Assembly: GCA_041937175.2 (NCBI GenBank)
Contig: CP166615.1
Coordinates: 3,104,001-3,168,000 of the forward strand
Reading direction: 5' to 3'
From: Limnothrix sp. BL-A-16
Lineage (GTDB): Bacteria > Cyanobacteriota > Cyanobacteriia > CACIAM-69d
Length of the DNA: 64,000 nt
Shown in pieces: positions 42,921 through 53,666 of this stretch (positions are counted from its first letter, which is position 1; each line of letters begins with the position of its first letter). The position numbers and the translations under genes are program-made. Below the pieces are notes generated by a model. The model did no database searches. It was not told where the DNA came from and was given only the letters and a program-made list of their open reading frames with translations.

Positions 42921-43439
42921 CTGTTGACTGACCTGATTAACCCACTGACTGAGCTATTTTTTCGCTCCTTGCTGTCCCAGGTTGCCTAGATCGAGAGCAC
43001 AGCACAACCCCAAACCCCCACCCCTGCAAACACATAAAAAACCAGCAACGCCCACTGATCAGCAGCCTGATCGCGGACGTTGCTGGATTTTTTTGAATTG
43101 GAAGCACCCAGGGCCGCACAAGGCCATCGCGCAAGAAGCGATCGCGCTTAGGCCCGTCGTCAGTCGGCTATTGAGCTTTTTGCTAATGAGAGATTGATGT
43201 GTCAACTGTGATGCACTCGATCGTCCATTGGCGCTGCGACATGAGAGTCGATCGCCAATTGAAAATCAACAGTCATCACCCACCAATCAATAACAAATCA
43301 CCAATTAATCCACGTTTCCGTGCATCCATCCCCAAGACGATTTGCACCTCAACTGGGCCCGAATTGCAGAGCAGCCACGACCTCAAACGTCTGATTTCAG
43401 GCTCCACACAACGCGGATTTCAGTTTTGTTGCCATGGAC

Positions 43440-43769
43440 TTAGCGAGCCGCAGCGGCCACCATTCCCAAAGCAGGCACATCCCCTTCTTGATCGCCCCAG
43501 AGCCGAAGACTCGGGAACAGGAAGTGGTTTTCTTCAACGTATTGCGCTCCGAACAACCCTTTTTCGGCCCAAAAGTAGCGATCCGTGGTGTGTTCGTTAC
43601 GCTTTACCAACACCAAAGCGGGGGGATGAATTCCCTCTGCCTTAATGAATTTGCGAGCGGCCGTGACCGGCTTATCTTCGCCACATTCGATGCTATACTG
43701 TGGCACATTCTCAAGAATCCGTCGCCCTTCTTGCCGCCGACGGCTCTTGCGCTTGCGTCTCCTTGCCAA
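43440..43769 (-). CDS. DUF3155-family cyanobacterial protein
   Basis: 'ARRRKRKSRRRQEGRRIL', 'DRYFWAEKGLFGAQYVEENHFLFPSL'; TTG start after AAGGAGG. Confidence 0.82.
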   Translation of the reverse strand: MARRRKRKSRRRQEGRRILENVPQYSIECGEDKPVTAARKFIKAEGIHPPALVLVKRNEHTTDRYFWAEKGLFGAQYVEENHFLFPSLRLWGDQEGDVPALGMVAAAAR

Positions 43770-43796
43770 CCTCCTTACCTCCCGTGCCAAGATAAG

Positions 43797-43812
43797 TGTA
43801 GTGACGGTTACA
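43797..43812. promoter_or_regulatory. Putative NtcA box
   Basis: TGTA-GTGACGGT-TACA. Confidence 0.5.
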
Positions 43813-44224
43813 AAAGCCGTGCAAAGTATATCGCCTTTGCGCCAAAATTTCAACTTGTTTTAATTGATCGACATGGATTCAATTACAATTGTTTATTCTG
43901 TCGATTTCTTAGCAGTTTCATTTTGAGCGCCGGCCCATCCAGAAACCTAGAGGCTGCCTGGATTTTGCACAATTGTCGCCCCAGGTTCTTGCGATCCCTC
44001 GCGGCTTTTTAATGATTTTTAATCAGTTTAAATGGAGCAATTTGAATAGAAGCGGTTTGAGATAGCTCCAGCTTAAGGAGTTCTCAAGCCTTGGGGAGAG
44101 CAACGCCGTAATTCTTCACAAAGCCGGCGATCGCCCCATGCGGGAAACCGGGCGCGGCCGCTCCCCAATCCCTGGCAACCGCGAATGTTCCCCGATGGAG
44201 GCCCCCAGGGGGGAGTGGCGAGCA

Positions 44225-45778
44225 ATGGCGAGTTCAACCTTTTTGGCCCTGTGCCAAGCGCAGTTGGCCTTGATGGCGGAAACGCTGCACCTGGGACGGG
44301 GTGTGGTTTATCTGGCGCAGGATTGGTCGGGAACGGCGGAACCGGCTTGGATGCCGGTGTTGGAATATCCGGCTCGGGCCAATACGCAGCTTTTGGGGGA
44401 AGCGGGAACGGGCCGATCGCGCGGTCGGGGCCGATCGCGGTTGCTATCGGGGTCGGGCCCTTGGGCCATGGCTCCTGCGGAGATTACTGCTGCGATCGCG
44501 CCCGGGGCCGAGGTTACGCACCAAGGGGGCGATCGGCCGGACGTGGTGGACTTCTCGATCGCGCCGGAAGCATTCCCCCCGGCGGCCAATCAGATCACGG
44601 ATGCTGACCATTCGGCCTCTGCCCGTTCCACCGCGCCCCCAATAACCGATTTTGACCATTCGGCCGTTGACCCCGCACTGAATCCCCTATTCAATCCCCA
44701 ACCCCATCCGGGCCGATTGGTGCTGCCCTTGGCCCGAGGGGGGATGATGTTGGGGTTGTTGGTGCTCGATCGCCCTAAACCTTGGACTCCCAAGGATCGC
44801 CAACAGGCGGGCCGAGTGGCGGTGACCTTGGCGGCGGCCTGCGAACTCGATCACCGCAATCAATTGTTGGAGGCGGCCTATCGCCAACAACAGACCACGC
44901 AACAGCGCCAGGCGGAATTACTACACAATTGGCTGCACCAGTTTCGGAATCCCCTGACGGCCATTCGGACATTTGGCAAGTTGGTGCTGAAGCGGTTGGG
45001 CGGCGAGGATCGATCGCGCCCACATCTGGAGAGCTTGCTGCGGGAGGGCGATCGACTCCAAGGCATGTTGACGGACTTTAGCCAAGTAATTGACACACCG
45101 GATTGGACGGGCCCAGCGGCCCCCAGCACCGAACAGCCCCCGCCGTCGGAGTTGCCCGCCGCCACCGAAAACAGGGCGGCCCTGCTGTTGCCGGGGGTGA
45201 CGCTTGCCCCTTGGCCCGTCGATGCCTTGGTGATGGATGCGATCGCGGCGGCCGAGGCGGTGGCGATCGAGCGCGGGCGATCGTTTCAAATTTCGTTACC
45301 CGCCGATTTGCCGCCGGTTTTGGCCGATGCCACGGCTTGGCGAGAGGTGTTTAGCAATTTGCTGGATAACGCCATTAAATACGCCTGCGATCGGGGGCGG
45401 GTGCAGGTGCTGGCCCGGGTCGCCACTTGGCAGGATGCGCCCGCGGCCGGCTGGGGGCTGGCGCTGGTGGTCAGCAATCAGGGCCACAATATCCCGCCAG
45501 CGGACTTGGAACGGCTGTTTCAGCGTGGCTTTCGGGGCATTCAGGCCGCCAGTCCGATTCCGGGCACGGGGTTGGGCCTGGCGATCGCCCGTCAGTTGAT
45601 GATGCAAATGGGCGGCCGCTTGGAACTGTTTAGCCCCCCGATCGCCCTGTCTGCGCGGTTGCGGTTGCGGGAAACCCCCGATCGACTCCTTCCCCCGATC
45701 GCCCAGGGAACGATGGTTGTGGCTTGGTTGCCCCTGGCAGAAACGAATCCAGCGCCTCCTAAATCACCCCCTGAATGA
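44225..45778 (+). CDS. hik2: GAF-domain sensor histidine kinase, Hik2/CSK-like
   Basis: N-terminal 'F.ALC..Q'; H-box 'LHQFRNPLTAIRTFGKL'; 'NLLDNAIKY'; 'GTGLGLAI'. Confidence 0.8.
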   Translation: MASSTFLALCQAQLALMAETLHLGRGVVYLAQDWSGTAEPAWMPVLEYPARANTQLLGEAGTGRSRGRGRSRLLSGSGPWAMAPAEITAAIAPGAEVTHQGGDRPDVVDFSIAPEAFPPAANQITDADHSASARSTAPPITDFDHSAVDPALNPLFNPQPHPGRLVLPLARGGMMLGLLVLDRPKPWTPKDRQQAGRVAVTLAAACELDHRNQLLEAAYRQQQTTQQRQAELLHNWLHQFRNPLTAIRTFGKLVLKRLGGEDRSRPHLESLLREGDRLQGMLTDFSQVIDTPDWTGPAAPSTEQPPPSELPAATENRAALLLPGVTLAPWPVDALVMDAIAAAEAVAIERGRSFQISLPADLPPVLADATAWREVFSNLLDNAIKYACDRGRVQVLARVATWQDAPAAGWGLALVVSNQGHNIPPADLERLFQRGFRGIQAASPIPGTGLGLAIARQLMMQMGGRLELFSPPIALSARLRLRETPDRLLPPIAQGTMVVAWLPLAETNPAPPKSPPE

Positions 45779-45818
45779 ACGGCTGAATGAATAGCTAAGT
45801 CAGCGGCTGAATCCACCG

Positions 45819-46796
45819 CTAAACCGACTGGTTAACCGGCCGAATGCCCACCGCACTGAATTGGGTGACCCAAAATTCCAAATCCGGATCCGGCAGGGCC
45901 GATCGCGCGGCGGCCTGGATTTCCTGAGCTTGGCTGGCGGATTCGGCCAAGGCAAAAACCGAGGGGCCAGAACCGGACATCATCGCTCCCAGCGGGGCCA
46001 GGCGATCGAGCAAATCCCGCAACTGCGCAATTTGGGGATGGGCCGGCAACACCACCCGTTCCAGGTCATTGCGCAACAGGGGCCGCAGCCCCGAAAGACC
46101 CGCCCGATCGCCCGCAGCCAAGGCCTGGAGCGATCGCACGAGGGGCCCGGACTTGGCCGCCGTATGCCGGGCCGCTTGGGCCTCCGGGGTGCGAGCATAG
46201 TCCGCCCCAAATTGAGCGCGATAGGTTTGATAGGCCCAGGGTGTGGAAACGCCCAAACTGCGATATTTTGCCAGCACTAACCACACCTGATCCACCCCCG
46301 CGAGGGGATCCAGCACCTCGCCGCGTCCCGTGGCCAAAGCTGTCCCCCCGCCCACACAGAAGGGCACATCGGATCCCAACTCAGCCGCCAACTCCTGCAA
46401 TTCTCCCTGGGTGAGGCCCAGGCCCCAGGCCAAGTCCAGCCCCACCAACACCGCCGCCCCATTGCCCGATCCTCCGGCTAAGCCAGCGGCCACGGGAATT
46501 CGCTTTTCAATTTCGATCGCCACGCCCCCAAATTTGGCGAAGGCTTCGGGGAACCGCTCGCTCATCAGGGCGGCGGCCCGATAGGCTAAATTGCTGGCAT
46601 CGTTCGGCACACCCTCGGCGGCGCACTCCACTTGGATCACGCCCTGCATTCCCGATCGCACATGGACGAGATCCGCCAAGTCAATGCTCTGGAACACGGT
46701 GGCCAACTCATGGAAACCATCGGGACGATCGCCCACAATTTCCAAATAGAGATTAATTTTGGCGGGCGATCGCAGCGAATAGGATTTCATCGGCAC
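45819..46796 (-). CDS. ispE: 4-diphosphocytidyl-2-C-methyl-D-erythritol kinase
   Basis: 'PAKINLYL', 'IPVAAGLAGGS', 'LGSDVPF', 'MSGSGP'. Confidence 0.96.
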   Translation of the reverse strand: MPMKSYSLRSPAKINLYLEIVGDRPDGFHELATVFQSIDLADLVHVRSGMQGVIQVECAAEGVPNDASNLAYRAAALMSERFPEAFAKFGGVAIEIEKRIPVAAGLAGGSGNGAAVLVGLDLAWGLGLTQGELQELAAELGSDVPFCVGGGTALATGRGEVLDPLAGVDQVWLVLAKYRSLGVSTPWAYQTYRAQFGADYARTPEAQAARHTAAKSGPLVRSLQALAAGDRAGLSGLRPLLRNDLERVVLPAHPQIAQLRDLLDRLAPLGAMMSGSGPSVFALAESASQAQEIQAAARSALPDPDLEFWVTQFSAVGIRPVNQSV

Positions 46797-46871
46797 GCAA
46801 GCATCAGGACAAAAGCGTCCCCATTGTCTCAGAAGGGGCCCACGAGACCATCGATGGTTGATTAACCTTGC

Positions 46872-48749
46872 CTATCTTGGGGGCGATTGGCGCGATCGGG
46901 GCGATCGGCGCGGCTTGCTCAACTGCTCCACACTCAGCAGCGTCACCCCAAGGGTCACCAACCCAATGCCCAGCCACTGCCCCCCGGCCAGGGATTCTTG
47001 GATCAAAATCCAGGCCGCCAGCGCCGTTAGGGCATTACCCGAGGCACTGAGAATTGCTGTCCAAGCGGCCCCCACCCGTTGCACCGCCAAGTTATTCAGC
47101 AGGTAGCCCCCCAAGGTCAACAGCCCCAAAATGACTCCACCCAACAGCAGGCCGCCCCAAGTTCCCGGCAACACCTGCACCGTCACCGCCTCCGGCCGCG
47201 CAATGAGTCCAAAGCAAGCCAGCACAAACACCCACAGGAAGGAAACCAGGGTGAATGGCACGGGATGCAAGGTTTTGGTTCCCCATTGCACCGTGAGCAG
47301 ATAGCCCGCAAAGGCTGCACCGGCCGCTAATCCACTGGAAAGACCCACCCAGTTATCGCCTGCGGCCGGGCCGCCCTCAGGCAAGGCCAAGCCGCCCCCC
47401 AACAGAATCAGGGCCGTGAGAAACAAGCGCAGGGCTGTGGGTCGATCGCCCAATAGCCACCAAGACAAGGGCAGGGTAAAGACGGGGTAGAGAAAAAAGA
47501 GGGTGACCGCCAAGCCCGTCGGCAAATTCCCGATCGCCACATAGAGCAGCACTTGGGATACAAACATGAAAAAGCCGTTCAGCAAAATCATTTGCCAAGA
47601 CCGACGATCGCGGCTTTGGCAGAGGTGGCGAATTTCCTGCCAAGTGGCGGGATACAGCCAAGTGGCCAACACCGGAAACACCAGCACGATCGCCAGGGTG
47701 CGCAACAGCAAAATCAGCAGGGAATTGCCCAGCCCCGGCGCAATGATGCCGGGTAGGGTCACCACCCCTAATAGGGTTTCCGGAGCATTGCCCGTAAACA
47801 ACAGCTTCAGGGCGACATTGAACAGGGCCAACAACAGGGCCGCCACCAGGGCCAACAGCCAGCCCGGTTGCCGCAGGGTCTGAGGATGGGGGACGGAGGG
47901 TTTCACGGCCGCAAGGGGGTGAGGGAACAAAACGGGAGCCGGAGCGGGCAAGGGGGTGATCGGGGAGGCGGCCCGATCGGGCGCGGTTGATCCAGGCTCA
48001 GGAACCGCAGAATTGGGAACCGCAGGATCAGTCCCAAGGGAATCGGGGGCGATCGGGGTTTCCCAACGAGCCATCAACTGCTTCAACAACAATTCCCCCT
48101 GCTGTTGCCGACGGGCCAACCGGCTGAGTCGTTGGGCCAGCGCCTGTTCATAGGCCGCTAAGTCTTGATGGAGATGGGTGAAAACTTGGGCCAGGGTTTG
48201 ATCCAGCGCCATCAATTGTCGCTCGATCGCGGTGCTGCTGAGACGACCATGAATCACCACGGGCGCGCCGATCGTGGCGGCATCCCCCGATCGCAGTTCT
48301 TGGGCCAAGGCCTGAAACCGTTGGTCGATCGCCCTTTTCAGGTGGGATCCCATATGTTGAGCCAGTTGTTTTGCCCACTGTTGGGCCCAAGCTTGGCTGG
48401 TGGGATCCAGCAGGGATTGGCCCGGGGCAGGCTGTGCTCGCAGTTGTTGGCGATAGCGAGCGAGGCGATCAAGATCCAACAGTAATTGGGTTTTCTCAGC
48501 GCTCAGGCGATCAAGATCTTGGGCAAGCTGGTCAAGTTGCGATCGCTGAAGAATCTGCAATTGCTCCATCACCGCCGACCAATCCCGTGCTGCTTCTGGG
48601 TCGATCGGGGCCAGGCTTGATCGATCATCACCAGCATCCCCCGCCGCCGATCGGGTGGGATCCAGATTGGGATTGAAACCCATAGGGTCGATCGCGGGTT
48701 CTTCAATGGGCAAGGGTGGTTGCTCCGATGGCCTGTTGATTAACCCCAT
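46872..48749 (-). CDS. sepJ: SepJ/FraG-like protein (coiled coil, short Pro linker, DMT/EamA permease)
   Basis: N-terminal heptad region with 'QQWAKQLAQ' and 'LDQTL...L.QDL..Y...L.Q.L', then about 10 TM segments. Confidence 0.75.
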   Translation of the reverse strand: MGLINRPSEQPPLPIEEPAIDPMGFNPNLDPTRSAAGDAGDDRSSLAPIDPEAARDWSAVMEQLQILQRSQLDQLAQDLDRLSAEKTQLLLDLDRLARYRQQLRAQPAPGQSLLDPTSQAWAQQWAKQLAQHMGSHLKRAIDQRFQALAQELRSGDAATIGAPVVIHGRLSSTAIERQLMALDQTLAQVFTHLHQDLAAYEQALAQRLSRLARRQQQGELLLKQLMARWETPIAPDSLGTDPAVPNSAVPEPGSTAPDRAASPITPLPAPAPVLFPHPLAAVKPSVPHPQTLRQPGWLLALVAALLLALFNVALKLLFTGNAPETLLGVVTLPGIIAPGLGNSLLILLLRTLAIVLVFPVLATWLYPATWQEIRHLCQSRDRRSWQMILLNGFFMFVSQVLLYVAIGNLPTGLAVTLFFLYPVFTLPLSWWLLGDRPTALRLFLTALILLGGGLALPEGGPAAGDNWVGLSSGLAAGAAFAGYLLTVQWGTKTLHPVPFTLVSFLWVFVLACFGLIARPEAVTVQVLPGTWGGLLLGGVILGLLTLGGYLLNNLAVQRVGAAWTAILSASGNALTALAAWILIQESLAGGQWLGIGLVTLGVTLLSVEQLSKPRRSPRSRQSPPR

Positions 48750-48895
48750 GGAAATGGCTCAGGTCAGTGGCTCAGGTCAGTGGCTTTGCGGTTGAACAGC
48801 TCCGCATTTTGCGCCTCTAGCATTGCTCAATCATGATGGCTCAATCCTGGGCCAATTGGGCATGGCCGCCTTGGGCCCGGCCCAGCGGGACAGCC

Positions 48896-49975
48896 TCAAG
48901 ATGGCCCAGCGGTGACCGATGCGCTGAAGTGCTGGAAGCTGGCCGATCGCCCGATCGGCTCGATCACCCCTGGATCCACTACCCAGGCGATCGGCTGCTG
49001 CGTTAACGCCTCTGGAGCCACCATCTCTCCCACAATGGCCGCCGAACCGCCCAAGGACTGCACCAAAGCAGCAGCCAAATCCGGCGGTAAACACAGCACC
49101 AATTCAAAATCTTCGCCCCCGTAAAGCGTCCAATGGCGGGCCCGCGCCAGCCCCACCGCCGCCGCTAATCCCGCCGGAATGGGCAGCCGATCGCCCCACA
49201 GTTTCGCCCGCAGGCCGCTGGCTTGGGCCAATTGCACCACCGCATCGGCCAGCCCGTCGCTGGAGTCCATGGCGGCCAGGGGGCGATCGGCCAGCCTGGG
49301 GCGCAGTTGATCCAGTAGTTGATCTAACTGAGCAATTGCGTCCAACCGGGGAATTGGGTATTGGTGGGCCTGAATCCAGGCCGATCGCGCCGCGGCCGAA
49401 GGTTCCACAGCCTCCGGGGGCCAATCAGCCCACAGCAGGGCCAACCCCGCGCGGGAAGCCCCATGCTCACCCGTCACCACGATCGCATCTCCCGGTTGGG
49501 CCGCGTGGCGCTGGAGGGAGCGATCGGGCAAAACCGACCCGATCGCCGTGATGGCCACCGTGGCCACGGTCGATCGCGTCACATCACCCCCCACAATCGC
49601 CCCGCCAAACTGCGCTAAACAATCGGCCATCCCCCCATAGAGGGACTCCACCCAGTCGATCGAACAATTCCCCGGCAGAGACAGCCCCACGGTAATTGCC
49701 CGAGGCGTTGCCCCCATAGCAGCCAAATCGGACAAATTAGCCGCCACCGCTCGCCACCCGATCGACCTGGGAGGCGTGGTGCGATCGCTAAAATGCACCC
49801 CGTCCACCAGCACATCAGTCGTGACCACCAGCGATCGACCCTCGGGCCAATCCAACAGGGCCGCGTCATCACCCACCACCGAGCGATCGCAAAAGGCAAA
49901 CAACCGCGCCAGTAACCCCGCTTCTCCCACATCCGCCAACCGCAACGATTCCACCGCGTCCACAACCTCCCGCAC
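48896..49975 (-). CDS. thiL: Thiamine-monophosphate kinase
   Basis: 'GDDAA', 'DGVHF', 'NLSDLAAMG', 'DSSDGL', 'GGEDFEL'. Confidence 0.96.
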   Translation of the reverse strand: MREVVDAVESLRLADVGEAGLLARLFAFCDRSVVGDDAALLDWPEGRSLVVTTDVLVDGVHFSDRTTPPRSIGWRAVAANLSDLAAMGATPRAITVGLSLPGNCSIDWVESLYGGMADCLAQFGGAIVGGDVTRSTVATVAITAIGSVLPDRSLQRHAAQPGDAIVVTGEHGASRAGLALLWADWPPEAVEPSAAARSAWIQAHQYPIPRLDAIAQLDQLLDQLRPRLADRPLAAMDSSDGLADAVVQLAQASGLRAKLWGDRLPIPAGLAAAVGLARARHWTLYGGEDFELVLCLPPDLAAALVQSLGGSAAIVGEMVAPEALTQQPIAWVVDPGVIEPIGRSASFQHFSASVTAGPS

Positions 49976-50168
49976 TCACTCCAAGCGCACCCAACCAAAA
50001 CATAACGACTCTGCAACCCAGGCAACCCAGCCCATCGGAACGGTTCCCAACGCCCAAAGCAAAGTCCCCCTTGGCATCCAGGCCAAGCGGGGACTCAATC
50101 CTCGGGGAGGCGTTCGCTGCAAGACAGGTTCCGAGCAAACGGCATCACTCAGAACCTGCTGTCACTCA

Positions 50169-50276
50169 TAGGACTTACGCAAAACCTCAGGGGAGTCAGC
50201 ATTCTTCCAGTTCCCCTCGCCCTTTTTGGGAGAGGGGCTAGGGGTGAGGGTCTTAGCAAATCCTGCGTAAGTCCTG
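50169..50276. mobile_element. MITE (family D), about 108 bp
   Basis: TIRs AGGACTTACGCA / TGCGTAAGTCCT; internal CCCCTCGCCC-TTTTT-GGGAGAGGGG hairpin followed by CTAGGGGTGAGGG. Confidence 0.8.
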
Positions 50277-50277
50277 A

Positions 50278-51459
50278 CTAACTGGGCTGCACCAGATTTT
50301 CCAGCCCATCCACCACCGTTGCCTTCACCACCTTGTCACCGGGGCGAATCTTATCCAGCACCGCCTTGGCATCGCTAATCGAATAACCAAATACCGCATA
50401 GCGACCATCCAGCAGGTTGGCCCCGGCGGGGGTCAGTTCCGGTTCAAACAGGAAGAAAAACACCTGAGACGAACCACCGTCGGGATCCGGCTCCGGTCGG
50501 GCCATGGCCAGGGCCCCATAGGACGAGAAGGGCAGCACGGGCAAATCGCCATAGCGGCCCGCATCTTCAAGCGTGATGCCGTAGGTGGGTTCTTTGTCGC
50601 CGCTGGCCAGAATTTCTAGGGGAATGGCGCGATATTCATTGGTTTTGGGATCGATGAAGCCTTCGGCGGGGCCGGCCGGATCGCCAAATTGCAACACGTA
50701 GGAATCTTCGGCGCGGGTGAAGGGCAACCCGTCATAGAACCCCCGCTGCACCAAGTCCACAAAGTTGCCGGCCGTGACAGGGGCGCTGTAGCCATCCACC
50801 ACCACGGTGACGCTGCCTTTGCTGGTTTCAAGGTCGATCGTGGCGCGGCCCTTCAGTTGGGGCAAGTTGGCATATTGGGCGGGCACTTCAAAGGGGAAAC
50901 CCTGCACCATATCCGCTTCGATCGCCCCCACTGCGTCCAGAATCTCCCGGCGCAGTTCCCAAACCGTGGATTTATCTTTGGTTTCCACGGCGGCTTGGGC
51001 CTTGGCGATCGTCTCGCTAATTTGACCGAGCTTTTGGGCGGCGGCTTCCTGGCGATCGGGACGAACGGCCGCCAAAATTTGGTCGCGCTTGTAGGTCACC
51101 GTGCGATCGGCCGTTTTCAAGCTGCTGGCCATGGGACTCCAACGCTTAGCCCGCAGGGAACCGGCGATCGATTCCACCTCCGATTGCACCTTGCGAATGG
51201 GCGCATTGTCGATCGGCAAGGAGTAGCGCAGCAGGGCCTTACCGTCGGTGATCGCATTCCCGGCCGGCAACGCTGCCCAAGCGGGAGCCACCCCGATCAT
51301 CCACAGCACCATCACCAGGCTCAGGGCGATCGCCCAACCGCCCATCCCCCCTTGCTCCCGTCGTTGCAGTTGTCGATCGACCACCGCTGTCCAGGTTTCG
51401 ATCGTCTTCGCCCACCCGGAGCGGGTTTGCCCTGCCTTAAGTCGCCTTGGAATAGCCAT
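50278..51459 (-). CDS. Lumenal/periplasmic cyclophilin-type PPIase (CYP38/TLP40-like)
   Basis: Signal peptide 'AWA-ALP', 'ALLRYSLP' helical domain, 'APVTAGNFVDLVQRGFYDG'; start position uncertain. Confidence 0.9.
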   Translation of the reverse strand: MAIPRRLKAGQTRSGWAKTIETWTAVVDRQLQRREQGGMGGWAIALSLVMVLWMIGVAPAWAALPAGNAITDGKALLRYSLPIDNAPIRKVQSEVESIAGSLRAKRWSPMASSLKTADRTVTYKRDQILAAVRPDRQEAAAQKLGQISETIAKAQAAVETKDKSTVWELRREILDAVGAIEADMVQGFPFEVPAQYANLPQLKGRATIDLETSKGSVTVVVDGYSAPVTAGNFVDLVQRGFYDGLPFTRAEDSYVLQFGDPAGPAEGFIDPKTNEYRAIPLEILASGDKEPTYGITLEDAGRYGDLPVLPFSSYGALAMARPEPDPDGGSSQVFFFLFEPELTPAGANLLDGRYAVFGYSISDAKAVLDKIRPGDKVVKATVVDGLENLVQPS

Positions 51460-51811
51460 GATCGAAGATAAATCGAGGTCAATCGAAGTGAATGAAAAAT
51501 ATTGCTGGCTGAACCATGCTGGCTGAACCATGCTGGCTGAACCGGCAATTTCGGTAGCCAACCCGCAAGCCAGCCCCCAGGACTCGCAAGGAAACCAGCC
51601 CTAAAAACTAGCCCGCCAGCCCGAAAACCATCGCAACAGCATTAAGCTTGATCGCCAGTTTTCACTAGCCCATCGAGAGGCTGCCAATCTTCCAATCTTG
51701 CCATAGCCCGGTCGATTCCAGATTCCTGGCCCCAATACCCAACGGCCCCAAAAAGCGGTAGAGTGTATCCCGTCCTATGCCCGCCTGCGGTGCTTTGTAA
51801 ACCAGCTTCCG

Positions 51812-52372
51812 ATGATTTCCAGTAACGATTTCCGCCCCGGTGTCACGATCGAGCTAGACAATGGTGTCTGGCGAGTTGTCGAGTTTTTGCACGTCAAACC
51901 CGGCAAAGGCGCAGCGTTTGTTCGCACGAAGCTGAAAAACGCGCAGACCGGCAGCGTGGTTGAGCGCACCTTCCGCGCAGGGGAAACGGTTCCACAAGCG
52001 ACCCTGGAAAAAAGCGACATGCAGCACACCTACATGGACGGTGAGCAGTATGTGTTCATGGACATGAAGACCTACGAGGAAATGAACATTTCCGCCGCCC
52101 AAATTGGCGATCGGGTCAAATACCTGAAAGAAGGGATGGAAGCTCAGGTGGTGACCTGGAACGGCAAGGTGATTGAAGTGGACTTGCCCAACACCGTGGT
52201 TCTGGAAGTGGTGGAAACGGATCCCGGCGTGAAGGGCGACACCGCCACCGGGGGTCAAAAGCCCGCCAAACTGGAAACCGGCGCAACGGTCATGGTTCCC
52301 CTGTTCATTTCCGTGGGCGAAAAATTGCGGATTGACACCCGCGAAGACAAGTACCTTGGCCGCGAAAATTAA
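51812..52372 (+). CDS. efp: Elongation factor P
   Basis: '[12 protein letters not shown]', 'PGVKGDTA'. Confidence 0.98.
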   Translation: MISSNDFRPGVTIELDNGVWRVVEFLHVKPGKGAAFVRTKLKNAQTGSVVERTFRAGETVPQATLEKSDMQHTYMDGEQYVFMDMKTYEEMNISAAQIGDRVKYLKEGMEAQVVTWNGKVIEVDLPNTVVLEVVETDPGVKGDTATGGQKPAKLETGATVMVPLFISVGEKLRIDTREDKYLGREN

Positions 52373-52697
52373 TTTCCTTCCAAAGCTCCTGGCGATTGGG
52401 CCCTGGAGCACCACGACCGATCGCCAGGGGCTATAGGCAATTAGTGTTACAACCGATACTGAATCAGCCCCTACCCCTGGTCTGGGCAACCCTTGGGAAT
52501 CCGCAAGCGATCGTCCTCAGACCAGGCAGCTCTCTAAACTAAATCCTGACTAAATCCTGCATTTTGCATTGCCTTGGTTTGCATTGCTTTAGATTGCCTC
52601 TTTTTCAACTCGGAGCCTGGGCCCAAGGCCCCATAGACGGCTCTTTTTTGAATCCCTTTAACGCTTTAACATTCTGCGATTAGGAGCGAGACGACCC

Positions 52698-53195
52698 GTG
52701 CCGCTGGACTTTGACGAATTGCGGGAACTGCTGCTGGTTCTGAACCAGACGGACATTGCCGAAGTGACGCTCAAGCAAGGTGACTATGAGCTGACGGTGC
52801 GCAAGGCAGTGGCGGTCGCAGCGGCAGGCACGGCGATCGCCCCGGTGGCCATGGCAGCGGCCCCGATCGCCCCGGCGGCGGCCCCGGTGACCATGGCAGC
52901 GCCCCAGGAGCCAGCAGCGCCGCCCGCCTCGCCGCCGCCCCTCAACGATCCCAAACTGCTGGAGATCAAATCTCCGATGGTGGGCACGTTCTACCGGGCC
53001 CCGGCCCCTGGCGAGCCGCCCTTTGTGCAGCCGGGCGATCGGATCACCTCGGGGCAAACGGTTTGCATCATCGAAGCCATGAAGCTGATGAACGAGCTAG
53101 AGGCTGAAGTCAGCGGCGAAGTGGTGGAAGTTTTGGTGGAAAATGCCCAGCCCGTCGAATTCGATCAAGTTCTGATGCGGGTGCGGCCCGCCTAG
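52698..53195 (+). CDS. accB: Biotin carboxyl carrier protein
   Basis: 'SPMVGTFY' and the 'EAMKLMN' biotinylation motif. Confidence 0.98.
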   Translation: MPLDFDELRELLLVLNQTDIAEVTLKQGDYELTVRKAVAVAAAGTAIAPVAMAAAPIAPAAAPVTMAAPQEPAAPPASPPPLNDPKLLEIKSPMVGTFYRAPAPGEPPFVQPGDRITSGQTVCIIEAMKLMNELEAEVSGEVVEVLVENAQPVEFDQVLMRVRPA

Positions 53196-53217
53196 ATCAC
53201 CTGCCCCCATCAAGCGC

Positions 53218-53559
53218 ATGGATAGTGAACCCAGCAACCCTAATTTTCCCGCCGATGACTCCTCCAGCGGCAACCTGCGATCGAGCCTCACGGAATCGAT
53301 CGACCTAGCCGAATGGGATTGGCTGAAGCCCCACATCGGCCGCGATGCCGTGATCGTAGTTACGCCAGATTTGGACTTGGCCGAAGTGGGCGAAGCCCTG
53401 GCCAGCGACAACACCGCCGTCGTGCAGCGCTGGATTGATGAACAGGCGATCGCAAAACCCACCCAAGCTGAACTCGCGGAATGGGATCGATCGGGCAATG
53501 CTCGCTTTCAGGCCATGATTGTTGCGCCCTTTGTGCTGGTCAAGCTGATCACTGACTAG
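53218..53559 (+). CDS. DUF2288-family protein
   Basis: 'W..LKPH..RD..IVV...LDL..VG.A.A.DN...V..W', 'IVAPFVL'. Confidence 0.8.
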   Translation: MDSEPSNPNFPADDSSSGNLRSSLTESIDLAEWDWLKPHIGRDAVIVVTPDLDLAEVGEALASDNTAVVQRWIDEQAIAKPTQAELAEWDRSGNARFQAMIVAPFVLVKLITD

Positions 53560-53666
53560 GTTCGCTTCCCAAGATCAGGATTACGCTAACCTAAGAGTGA
53601 TTGATGCTTGAACACAAAGCATCATAACTGTATCTATGGGACACAAAATCTAAGGGATAAAAGCCC

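Noticed and set aside
43434..44012. 192-aa plus-strand ORF
   Set aside because: Overlaps the DUF3155 gene, which has a strong RBS and family motifs.
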